Origin: Vicugna vicugna
Taxonomy: Eukaryota
DNA: 64,000 bases
Direction of reading: 5' to 3'
NCBI GenBank assembly: GCA_013265495.1
Contig: MU058221.1
Coordinates: 2,294,001-2,358,000 of the forward strand
Shown here: piece after piece, positions 50,880 to 61,660 of the stretch
Layout of the letters: every line of letters begins with the position of its first letter
How positions within the stretch are numbered: the stretch's first letter is position 1
Translations under genes and position numbers: made by a program
Notes under the pieces: model-generated
Told to the model about the DNA's origin: nothing
What the model saw: the letters and a program-made list of their open reading frames with translations, nothing else
The model's database searches: none

Positions 50880-51190
50880 GAGAAGTTATGATTAGCTGTG
50901 GGTGGCTGAAAATTCAAAATAATAGTGGTTTTAAACAACAGGGTGATGTATCGTTGCCTGGGATAGAGGTCTGAACAGGTGGTTCCCAGTTGGGATGGGG
51001 GTCCCACGACCATTGGAGACTCAGGATCCTCAACTTGAGGCTTCCACTTTTTGAACTGAGCTCTGCAAAGAAACTGCATGTATCACTTCTTTCTATATCC
51101 CATTGGCCAGAACTAAGTCACATGGTGACGTCTAGCGGCAAGGAAGGCTGGAAAAAGGTCTTTATTCTGGGCACCTTTGTTCCCAGCGAA
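50880..51190 (-). mobile_element. MaLR LTR, MLT1J/K-like
   Basis: caaaataatagtggttttaaacaac...atcacttctttctatatcccattggccagaactaagtcacatgg..ctagcggcaaggaaggctggaaaa. Confidence 0.75.
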
Positions 51191-52536
51191 GGATCAGCAA
51201 GGGGAGAACCACTTCTGCAAGAACTACGTGGTTCTAAAACTTCGCAGAGAGCTGCCCGCGGTGGGCTTTGAGGCAAATACCGTAAGAGAAAGGGAGAGGA
51301 CGCATCAGACCTCAGCACCCCCGTCTGTTCAACTCCCGATTACCCGCACGCCCGTGACCTTCCCATGGACTTCCCTCACTTCATCACAGACTTTTCATGC
51401 CTTATTCCTATGCATTTTGCTTTGCTTTATTTACCCCCAGTGGTAAATCAACTGACTGTTGAAATCCTGTGCAAGGTGCTACGGGAGAACCGAGGAACAG
51501 CGTGGCCCTTTCTTACGTGAAAAGGCAACTGTCTCATCGTAACTTTTTCCCACACGGGAAGTGCAGGTCCCCAAGCTTATGAGCAAGCCTGACGCTAGAC
51601 TTTACCGCGTCTTGCGGTATTTGCATTAATCTACGTGGTAAAGTCTGTCTTGGCGCTGTTGGAGGAGTCACAGCGCTCAGCCCAGCCCTCTTCAGGGACA
51701 TGGTCCCCTCCTAGCCCGTGAGCACAGACACGGTTCCTCCTGCAGCTAATTGTCGTATGAAAACACGAATTCTGCAAGCCCAGTTCTAAGAATAGGTGCT
51801 CGTCTAGGTGTGTGTGTGCTCATGGTAGAAAATAAATTCTTGTTTCTCACCAAAGAATAAGTGTGAGGTCCCACGCTGTGCAAAGCTGTCCACAGAAGTT
51901 GAATTTATATAAGGCTTTTCAACTTTAAACTTTTGAAGCTTTACTGTAAAAAATAAATGTATAGGATAGAAAGAACCCTTCCAAGAGGCATCTGTTAAGG
52001 AAAACTGACATGTAGCTCTGGACATTCAAGGTTACATCTTCCTTCCCGATAGTTACTTTATTCGGATTCTTGAAAATGCATCTGATGGGTTATTTCCCAG
52101 GTGGGGACAGGGGATGCCGCCTTCATCTTGTTATTGAATTAAAGTATTGTATAATTTTCCCTGAATTAAGATGTACTGTGTATACAAAAAACAAAAACGC
52201 ATACCTAGGGTCTAATTGCTAACTAAGGGAGGGGTTCTCTCAGGTTCTGGGGAGCAGATACTTGAGGGTGGTGCATCGGGAGGTGACCCAGGCTTTGGTG
52301 GAAACAGTGAGAATGTCCCCACGTGGCATCTGTGCCCTGTGCATCCATCCCTCCTTTGAACGCTGAGCCCCACTTCCAGGCCCTGCTCTGATGGCTGAAT
52401 CAGGGGGCCCAAGGATTGCAGGGCAGGTGATGCAGGGCAGGTGCTGAGTCCTGCTCTCCTTTGTCTCCACATCGTTTCACCCTTTATCAGCCTCTCCCAG
52501 CAAAGGAAAGGACCCAGACTTAGAACTAGACTTCAG

Positions 52537-52574
52537 ATGCCTCAATTAAAAAAAAAAAATAAAGGTTAAAAAAA
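52537..52574 (+). mobile_element. 38-bp retrotransposon stub (extreme L1 3' end plus poly A) with perfect 15-bp TSD
   Basis: agaactagacttcag at 52522-52536 and 52575-52589 flanks atgcctcaatt(A)n-taaaggtt(A)n. Confidence 0.85.
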
Positions 52575-52756
52575 AGAACTAGACTTCAGCTCTCAGGAAA
52601 ACTACATTTTGAAAAAAAAAAAACTGTAGGGATTTGTTCTACGTGTTTGGAGAGGCTAGGATACTTTTATGCTGTGACCCCAGCATGGGACCATGTGATC
52701 TGAGGATCACCTTCCTGCAAGAGCTGATGCCATTCTGGACTGTAAAGAAACAAAGA

Positions 52757-52900
52757 GGGAGGAGGGTGTGGCTCGGCAGTAGTGTGCGTGCTCAGTGTGC
52801 ACAAGGTCCTGGGTTCAGTGCCTGGCGCCTCCACTGAAAATAATTAATAAGTAAACCTAATTACCACCCGCTCAAAAAAAAGGTAAATAAAAATTTTTTA
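52757..52900 (+). mobile_element. tRNA-derived SINE (Vic-1-like) with TSD
   Basis: gggaggagggtgtggctcggcagtagtgtgcgtgctcagtgtgcacaaggtcctgggttcagtgcctggcgcctcc. TSD aaagaaacaaa 52744-52754 / 52901-52911. Confidence 0.88.
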
Positions 52901-53834
52901 AAAGAAACAAAAAACAACACCTTTCATACTAAAAATGGAAAAAAAAAAGACTAGCTAGGAAAAAAAAAATCAACCCACAGCCATTCCCAGAAAGATATTT
53001 ATCCGTCCACTTATTAAAGAAGAAAGCTGCTGAAGTATGTGCTGAGGGGTCTCGAGAAGCAGCGGTTTAATTTCCTCCCTGTTTCGCAGCGTCTGTACGA
53101 GCAACGTCGTCCTTCTCAGCATCTGCTCTGTAGGTTCTCTCGAGAGCTGTAACGGAACACGGGGCTTTCTTATTCTGCGAAATAAGTTGTTCTGAAGGAA
53201 GAAGATGAAGGGCGCGCCACAGAATGTTGTACAGCCAGAAGAGTTCTTTTTAAGATTCAGGTTTTAAAATCTCATACAGTATTCAGTACTCCCGATTTGC
53301 AGAAGAGAAAACTGAGGGCGGGACGGTGTTGCTGGCCGGCTCAGGACCCCTCATTTCTGACGCAGGGCTCTCTGCCGTCCCAGGCGAACAGTCCTGCCGT
53401 ACTGTTTTGGTGTCTCCGGTTATTCTGAGAGTCGGCTGCAGACAGGAAAGTGGGAAAGAGAAACATTACCAGTGACTTTTGCTCTGAAGGAGTCCACGTG
53501 ACTGCCAGGGCAGCAAGGTGCGTTTCTTCAGGCGTGGAAACATTCGTACCTTTTAGCTACTTGCTAATGACCATCCAGCTGTTTTGTAAGGGAATTAGGT
53601 CCTTGGGAGCTCTTCGGGTAGAGGATGTTAGTTTAAGTGCTGGGGAACCTTAGACGACAATGAGAGATGGAGCGCTTCCAAAGCAAGCCCTGATTTCACA
53701 AATGAAACCGTGGCCACGGAGGTGCGATCACCTGCCCCGGGCCCCACGGCCGGGCACCGCGCCGAGCCCCGTTCTGGGCTGCGTCTCTGTGCTTCATCAG
53801 GCACTCCCTGCTTAGAGGAACACTGATGGGTACG

Positions 53835-54322
53835 TGTTGTGGGATTCCGTGGGCTGGTATGTTGGCAGTAAAAAAATTTACGGAAGACAAAGGATGAAGG
53901 TCAAAAAGGAATTTATTCCTGTTCCTGTAGGCAGCAGCAGGCCGCAGAAAGGGGTATCTGTGCCCCAAGGGTCGTTTTTTGAGTGTAATGTTTAACTCCG
54001 TGTGCTTACGTGCCGTTGGGCACAAACGGGGTCATGGGGTACATGATCAGCTCGTGCACAAGTGTCTGACTGGATGTGGACGGGGTCCTGAAAGGGTGGG
54101 GCTACGGATTTGGGCTGGGGGCTGTGACCCCCCAGGTGGCCAGGCTTCTGGGCGCTGTGCAGGGGTATTATCTCAGCGAAGGCGGCCATGTATCAGGAAA
54201 GGGGTGTTCTTGTTGTCCTTAAAGGGCGGCAGCCTGAGGGGTGTTGGAGACAGGGGCCTTGGAGCAGGGATCTGCCAGGTATCTATGGACCCCAGAGCAT
54301 GTCATCCACGAAATGCGTCTCA
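53835..54322 (-). mobile_element. Solo ERV LTR with 6-bp TSD (possibly ERV2/betaretroviral)
   Basis: tgttgtggg...gcgtctca termini; minus-strand AATAAA at 53912-53917; flanks GGTACG 53829-53834 / GGTAGG 54323-54328. Confidence 0.65.
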
Positions 54323-55146
54323 GGTAGGTTTTTTTGACCTCCCACCTTATGTAATACCTGGAAAGGATTTTCAGCTAGCAGCTGAACAGCGTTCTAATCG
54401 GTGTAATCCACGCAGTAGACCTCCTCTTTCTCCTTTTTCCCCCTTTTTGTTCTGTAAAGCACCTCTGAAGTGTCCCGACAGTCTCTTTAAAGCATCTGCT
54501 GAGAAGCATCGTGCACTGTGTGTGTGCAAAGCTGCAGCCCAGACCCTTGCACTCAGGAACGCAGCCCTGCTAGGCCGGCTCTTTCCCACCCAAGCAGGGT
54601 CGCTGGTCTTCAGGCCACCCTGTATTTTGTGGCACACAGACTGCTCGCCCTTGCCAGGTTTCCCGGCCACAAACTGCAGCAGATCCCTCCTGCACGGTGC
54701 AGTCTGAGCACACCTGCCTCACTTGGCATGACGGGAGAAAAGAGGTGCTTACAACATCCTGGACCTCGAATGGTGTCTGACACCCACTGCCTGATACATA
54801 TTTTTGAATAAATACATGAACGTCGCAGCCTCCCTTTGGCAGGGTTTTGACTCGCTGAATCAGAGTCAACAGCATCTGAGCCTCGCCGACTAAGCCCTTG
54901 GTACCTGGCTTCCTGTACAAGTGCCAGGTTCACGAGCGTCTCCCGGATTCTCTCAGCTTGTCAAGGAATATTTTCGTTGCCTGGATACCAGCAAGCTGCT
55001 CTGGTTGGTGATCTGTATCGCTGATTCCGTAATGATTCAGAGAGATTCAGAGCCATTTCTGCCCATCAGCCTGTGAGTGTACCTCTAAATAAACTTCCTA
55101 GCATCAAGACAATTGCTACACCCGCACGCAAATTCCTTCTCTTCTC

Positions 55147-55160
55147 GTCACCATGGCAAC
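55147..55160. promoter_or_regulatory. RFX X-box-like motif
   Basis: GTCACCATGGCAAC; CCAAT ~35 bp downstream; unique sequence. Confidence 0.4.
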
Positions 55161-55569
55161 CCACTTGCTCTCTTGCCAGCCCCACCCTGTTCCCAATCAG
55201 CACGGAGCTGCTGACTTAATAAGGCCTGACAACCTTAAACAATGGGGATTTCTCGCCTCAAGGCCAAGATCTTTATTAATTCATGACCCCAGCGGCCCAG
55301 AGCTGTGTGTTGCCGTCTCACTGACCCTGCTTGGCATTCGGGAGAAAAGCTTGCCTCTGTGATGCATTTCTATTCTCAACTCAGCTCTTCCCTTTCCAAA
55401 AGTCGATTAGCCAGTCAATTGATCAATTGGGAGAAGAAATGAAAAGATTTGGATACTAAGCAGGAAGCTGCTTTCTAGACCAGGGTTTCTCTATGTTGGC
55501 CAGCCCACGTGGCGTGGGGGGGAGCAAGGAAGCATCACGCCAAAGCGAGGGTGCGGTTCCGTCCGCCTC

Positions 55570-56200
55570 TGTCAGAGCAGGCAGGGAGCTAGATACGAGC
55601 AGAGAGAGGGGCACACAGGCCACATGGCAGGACCTGGGCAGAAAGGCGGGGCACAGGCCAAATGCAGGAAACTGCACATCGTGTGAGCCCCAGGGGTCCC
55701 TGGGCAGAGAAAGAAAAGCAGGAACCTCTGGGCTGACAAGGGGCCACACCTTTTGGGGTGATGAGTGGCCTGGAGACCAACAAAGAAAGGTGGGAAAAGG
55801 CAGGAATTTCCGTGGTCTGAATGTAACCTTTTTGCTCATTATGCCCTCATTTCAATAAAATTAGCCTTGCAGATCAGAGGTACCCATCATGCACCGACAC
55901 CATGACACTTTTGATCCAGACTAAATAAGGACAAAAATCCCTCCTCCCTTGGGAAGGTGGAATTGGGATGATAATCAGGGAATATGACCCCAAACCCGTC
56001 CCTCCCCACTGCCCATTCTACTCCCTGTGTAACCAACTTGCCAAAGAAACTCAGGGCGGCCGCTCCCCTGAGCCTGCCCGCCCTCCCCCTGAGAGTGTCC
56101 TGTCCATCCCTCAATAAGCCCTCCCTTTACTTTCTTAATCTCCGTGTCTTGTCTCTTGAGTTCTTCCTGGGGCAGGACGAGAACCAGGGCCCCGGCTACA
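55570..56200 (+). mobile_element. Solo ERV1-type LTR
   Basis: tgtcagag...ggctaca termini; R/U5-like ctcaataagccctccctttactttc..gtcttgtctcttgagttcttcctg; flanks CCTC/CCTG. Confidence 0.75.
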
Positions 56201-56318
56201 CCTGCCCGCAGCACGTCCAGCTGGAGCACGTGGCATGTTTACCGATGGCCTCCTGTCCGGGCCTCCACTGCCGAGGCCCCCTCCCTGGCCTCAGTGAACC
56301 CAGTTGTAGCCCTGTAAC

Positions 56319-56866
56319 TGTTTCCCCAAAAGGTAAAGACCCCGGTTCTTGTCACGCCCGGAAGACAAGTTTACAGTCGGAGGACAGTGCGTTGTGTAGA
56401 GAAAGATTTTAAAAGAGTTATTTAAGAGGAAAGAGAAAGGGCGCCCCCAGGAAGTGGAGGCGGGCTGAGCCAAGGGAAGGGAGGTGGCGGGCTTTGTCTC
56501 CCTCCCCCAGAGGCAGGTGGTCTTTTGGTTGGTGGACAGCTCTTGTCCCTGGAGGGCCTGGTCATGTTTGGGCCCTGTGTGCGTGTCCTTACCCGGGGTG
56601 CGCACAGAAAAGCCCATGGTTGGCGGAGCGGTCGGGGGGGCCTAGGCAGCGTTAGTTAATACAGTGAACATCGGTTCGTGTTGGGTTAAGTCCTTTCTGC
56701 TTCCGCTCAGTCATGGCTGTCAGGGTCGAACCGGTTTCTCGCTGGCGCTCATTTAGAAGAACTGAAGTCCCTTTACGCTGGAGGCAGGGACAGCACCATC
56801 TTCCGGGCCCTCCTCCCGCTCCTCCACCTGTCTGCCCGGTGCCCCCGCTCCTCTAACTCCCTAGCA
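56319..56866 (-). mobile_element. Solo ERV1-type LTR, family B
   Basis: tgtttcccc...ctaactccctagca; colinear homology with 16476-17022. Confidence 0.85.
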
Positions 56867-57196
56867 CGGCAGCTGCTCGTGTTGACAGTGGGAAGAGAGG
56901 TGAGCTGAGCCTGGAGGCTCCTTGCCTTGGGCTGGGCTCTCGCCGTAGTTGGATAGAGGCAGACGCAGCTGGAGAGGTCCCTGCAACCTGTGGCCGTGAC
57001 GAAGGACCCCAGAGTCACGGTGTCCCTTCCAGGCCTCCCGCCTGGCGCTGAGATGGATCGCCAAGCCCCTGAGCGGAAGCTTCTCTTTCTGTTCATCCTC
57101 AAAATACACCCTAAACGTCCAACAGCAGGACGGTGGATAAATGAGTCATAGTATGTGGCAGGTGCGGTGGTGCACGACCCCCACTCAGGGCCAGAG

Positions 57197-57706
57197 TGTT
57201 GCAGGAAATGGGGCTCAGGAGGGACGTCCCGTCCCAGGCCTCGGGCGCGCCCCTGGGTCACACCCCGCCAAGTGAGGGTCCTTGGCTTCGTGCAGGGAGG
57301 AATTCAGGAGAGAGCGAGTGTGAAGTGAAGCAAGTTGACTGAGAGACCGTGGCCCGCCTGGGAAAGCGCGAGCGGCCGGGGGCGCGGGGCGCGCGGTTCT
57401 GTGCGCTCGGTGACTTCGTGCGCTGACACGTAGGATGGTTATTGCGACCATTTCGGGCGAAAGGGCAGGGGTTTCCCGGAATTGGGCCACCGCCCACTTT
57501 TCAGCCTCTTCTGGTCCCGCTCGGAGCTGCGCTCGCACCGTGGGCTGTCGTTCATCGTGCTGAGTGTGCACTGAGGCCCCAGGCCCACTGGAAGGCAGGT
57601 CTTCCGCCATCTTGGGCCTGGTTGGTTCTAGCCAGCATTTGTCCTCTCCCCAGTGGCTGTGCCATTCTTGTAATGGTTGTGTGCTGCCCCCTCCCTTCCT
57701 GTCTGA
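57197..57706 (-). mobile_element. Solo ERV1-type LTR, family A, CpG-rich
   Basis: tgttgcaggaaa...ccttcctgtctga; flanks AGAG/AAAG; homologous to 1-301; YY1 motif CCGCCATCTTG at 57604-57614. Confidence 0.8.
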
Positions 57707-59231
57707 AAAGCGCTCATCTCCCATGTGCCCGGAGTGTTGGCCACTGATGGCTCACAGCTGGGTCCCTCTGCTGTGAAAGCCTTCGGCTGAAGGAAGCTGC
57801 CTTACCCAGGGCTGTATCAGCTGACATCCAGCGACCGGCTCGTGCGAGGATGCAGAGGCTCGGGCACTTTGCGTCTGATTGGGGCAACCCTGAAAGGCCA
57901 TCGCAGCCAAAAAGCTCTCCCTGGGATGGGCCGAGCCTCCGCTTTCCAGGCTCTTTCTCTGCCCAGCCCTGCTCCCCTCACTCCCTTACAGGCAGCCTTC
58001 TGAGAGCCGTCCCAGCAAAACTCCAGCATGCGGTCCTCTGTCTGAGTCTGTTTTCCAGGCAACCGTACGACAGGGCAATTCTGGGATGAAAGGATACATC
58101 ATCGTTAAAATGTGTCAGTTATGTGTTGGAGGACGGTTTATGACATCAGAAACGGCTCAAGTTAGTGAAGTAAATACAGAAACAAGAGGCAGGATGCAGT
58201 GTGTACCTGGCGATGTAAGAATCTAATGATGAAAGGGGAGAATGAGAGCAAAAAGGGGAAAAGAAATTTCAGGAAAAGACTCATAAAATAGAATTAAAAT
58301 AGTGTCCACCTGTGGAATTTTGTTTCAGTTTTGTTGGCTTTAAATATTCTACCGTGAGCAAGTCATCGTTAGAAAACCTAAGTAAGTCACTTAACAGTAA
58401 AGTGAAGTAAAATTGTAAACCACCCCCAAGAGCACAAAACACAAAAAGGAAAGTGTACTGAGCCCGTCCTTCAAGGACACATGGAAAGCATCACCTTCCC
58501 GGGTCCCTCTCGTGCCTGTCCCCTCCGGAATCCGTGGAGCGGAATACTTCCTTTGTTGCACAGATCTGCCTCTCTCTGTGCCTCTAGCCTGACCCTTAAC
58601 CACACGGTATCACAAGTATTTAAATTTATCTCTCGTGTTACACTGAGAGTCCCCACGAGGGCAGAAGATCCTGTCCCCATGCCTAGGACGTGGCCTCTGC
58701 AGTGTGACCACTCAATGCATTTTACCAAACGAACAAGTGAATAAATGAAGTCGCATTTGGAGCGGAGACTTGAAGAATCAAATTGCATTTGATTGGCATG
58801 GGGACCAGTGACTGGAAATGAGGGAAAGGATGTGGAAAGACACACTGAAAGCCTGAGTAACGTTTTTGACTGCATCAGGGTGGAAGACTGTGAAGTGGGA
58901 GGCCCTGGGCCGCCCACCCGTGCTTCCCCGCTCTGTGCTTCACAAAGAAGCTGCAAGGACTGACTTCGCTGCTGCGGCTTGGAGGCTTTCAAGAGCAGCA
59001 TCAGTTTGATTTCAGAAGGAAAATGAGGATGCCACTCAGTGTGGAGCGTTGTTTTCAGCTTTACAATGATCGCTTTTCCCCCCGATCATTCAACAAAAAG
59101 CGCTAATGTTCTTTCTGGAGCATTTTTGTGTTCCTTCAAGTTAAATTTGGAAAGTTGCGTTGAAAATGTTCTGGCAGTACCTTATTTTCTGCTATTTCAC
59201 TCTCTCACTACAATTACTGAAAAGTCTTGTC

Positions 59232-59324
59232 TTTTTTTTTTTTTTCAAATGGAGTTACTGGAATTGAATCCATGGCTTCCTGCATGCTAAGCAGGCGTTG
59301 CATCACCGAGCTACCCACATCCCC
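59232..59324 (-). mobile_element. tRNA-derived SINE (Vic-1-like)
   Basis: Minus strand ggggatgtgggtagctcggtgatgcaacgcctgcttagcatgcaggaagccatggattcaattccagtaactcc(A)n. Confidence 0.85.
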
Positions 59325-59574
59325 TGTTTTTTTCCTTAATTGGTGTAAAATTCACTTACAGAAAATTCAGGAGTCTAACCGTTTTATTAAAGTGTACAAT
59401 TCAGTTCTGCCTTTTCATCCCCAGTTTCACTTCTTTCCTAAAGTGACAAGTAGCCAATCTTTACAAAGATATTAACTGGTTCTGTTGAGCTGCCATTGCA
59501 GTAATATGCCTGGGTAAAACATTTACATTTAAATAAGGGTATTGATACATTAACTTAAGGAATTAACTCCAAGT

Positions 59575-59720
59575 GGGAGGGGACAGCTCAGTGGTAGAGG
59601 GCGTACTGAGCAAGCACGAGGTCCTGGCTTCAATCCCCAGTACCGCCATCAAACATAAACAAACCTAATTACACCCCCTTACCCCAAAAATGAATAAAGA
59701 TTTAACAAATAAAACAAAAT
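59575..59720 (+). mobile_element. tRNA-derived SINE (Vic-1-like)
   Basis: gggaggggacagctcagtggtagagggcgtactgagcaagcacgaggtcctggcttcaatccccagtaccgcc...aaacctaattac plus A-rich tail. Confidence 0.88.
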
Positions 59721-60269
59721 ACAGTAACTGACTCTGTTCTTCCCTGGCTCCCTGTCACCTGCAGGACATGGGTGAAGGTCAGTGATGTACGTAAGAATCT
59801 CCTTAGACTGGCTCCTGCTTGATCAGCCCTTCTCCGCTTCCTCTCCCCTTCTGCACTGTGAGCCCCAGGTGTGCTCAACTATTTGCACTTCCTTAAGTGA
59901 GCCACATTCTTTCCAAGCTTTTTTGGACAGTTGTTTCTCCTGTTTAGCAGATGCCTTGTATCTTTCCTTGAGATGATGCCCCGACACTGGGTGCCTGGGA
60001 AACCTCCTCTGTCCTCCCCAGGCAGGGCTGAAGGGGCGCACTCTCCTCATTCTGTCTCTCTCTCTCCCCCTCCTGTTCTCTAAGCCACTTCACCTACCCT
60101 CAGTTCAACATTTTCCATATGGGTTTGTAACCTTTAATTCTGTTTATTTTCCTAAGAAGACTGTAAATGCTTTGAGCCTAGAGATTGTCGACCTGTCTCC
60201 ACTGCTCAATGATCTTGAAATATTGTAGATGCTCAAAAGTCGTTACTGAATGCAGAAAAAAATACTGAC

Positions 60270-60395
60270 CTTGTAATAACCTTTAATGGACAAGAATACG
60301 AGAAGGAATATATGTATACATACGCATGACTGGGGCATTGTGCTGTGCACCAGAAATGGACACATTGTAACTGACTGTGCTTCAATTTAAAAAAA
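60270..60395 (+). mobile_element. Young L1 3' end
   Basis: cttgtaataacctttaatgg...catgactggggcattgtgctgtgcaccagaaatggacacattgtaactgactgtgcttcaattt(A)n. Confidence 0.9.
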
Positions 60396-61174
60396 GAGAG
60401 AGTCTCTGGCAGACTGGTCGAGAACTGTTCTCGGTGGGATGTGCCTCTGGGTGCCCTCCAGATGGACGTCTGCTCGAGTTAGCTCTGTACCTGTTGAACA
60501 GCATTTGTCATAGTTGAAGTTGTCGTAGGGTTGGGAAGCCGGAACGCTCACACCCCTGGAAAGCTTTGAAACGCCTTAGAGAAAGATGCAAGCTATCGAT
60601 TAGATACACATCATGACAACATGTGTCTTCCAGCGCTGATCAGCCTGAACATTCATTCCAGCCTGTTCTATCCGTGTTTCTCTTGAGTTTCCACACAGAA
60701 TTTATATTTGTAACACCTGCTGTTTGCATCCCAGGATAATAGACTACTTAGCATTCCATCATTTTCCAAGTACAGGAATTCACGCTCTGCCCACTCCCGG
60801 TTGTCTGATACAGACCTCTTCTGAGGGCGCTCCGCAGATCATCTGCAGCCCGGGCTGCACCAAGGCTGTGGGCTAGTAAACCAGCAAGTAAACTGCAAAT
60901 AAAATTGAGGGCTCTTAGGATTATTGAAACAGAAAATGAGAATGAAGTGTGGGGGGCTGAGGGAGGGATGGGGAGAGAGAAGGAGGGAGGAAAAGGGGAA
61001 AAAAATCTCCCTAATTTGCAGACTCCTCCTTGCCTCAATCTTCCAGGCAGAGCCTTCCACAGTCTTCAGCCGACAGGTGCTCCCTGACCCCTGCGATGGA
61101 ATGTGAGGGCTGGGCTAGCAGATGTTCATGTGCAGAACAGCCACCTGGGGACTTGTTTAAAACGAAACGAAATC

Positions 61175-61660
61175 ATTACCTCAAAGAGCTATCTGCGCTT
61201 TCATGCTCATTACGGCACTGTTTACAATAGCCAAGACATGGACACAAGCTAAGTGTGTATCTAGGGGAAGATATTGAAAATACGACTCACACACAGAATG
61301 GACTATTTTTCAGCCTTTAAAAAGCAGGGAATTCTGTTACCTATGACAACATGGATGAACCTGGAGAGCATTATGCTGAGTGAAATAGTCTAGACCGAGA
61401 AAGACAAACACTGCAGCCTATCACTTACGTGTGGAATAAAAGTAAAATGTTCAACTCAGAAATAGAGAGTGAAGCGGTGGCTGCCTTGGGCTGGGGGAGT
61501 GGGAGGAACCGAGGGAGGGTGGTAAATGGATATAAGCCTTCAGTGGTAAGACAATAAAATACATAAAAGAAATAAATAAAATAATGAAATTTAAAAATAG
61601 AATAAAAATAGTGAAATGAAATAAAATAAAATAAAAAGTAAAATAAAATAAAATAAAACA
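61175..61660 (+). mobile_element. L1MA-like 3' region ending in an (AAAAT)n-rich tract
   Basis: ctgtttacaatagccaagacatgg...gacaacatggatgaacctggagagcattatgctgagtgaaatagtc...tcacttacgtgtggaat; A-rich tract 61553-61660. Confidence 0.85.

Noticed and set aside
53979..54707. 242-aa ORF (+)
   Set aside because: Starts at a non-ATG codon inside an LTR and runs into flanking DNA; no recognisable domain.
16476..56866. Same-orientation LTR pairs (16476/56319; also 1/57197) as ends of a giant provirus or segmental duplication
   Set aside because: The copies are clearly diverged and 40-57 kb apart, several have their own TSD-like flanks, homology stops at the LTR edges, and the interior is ordinary ancient genomic DNA.
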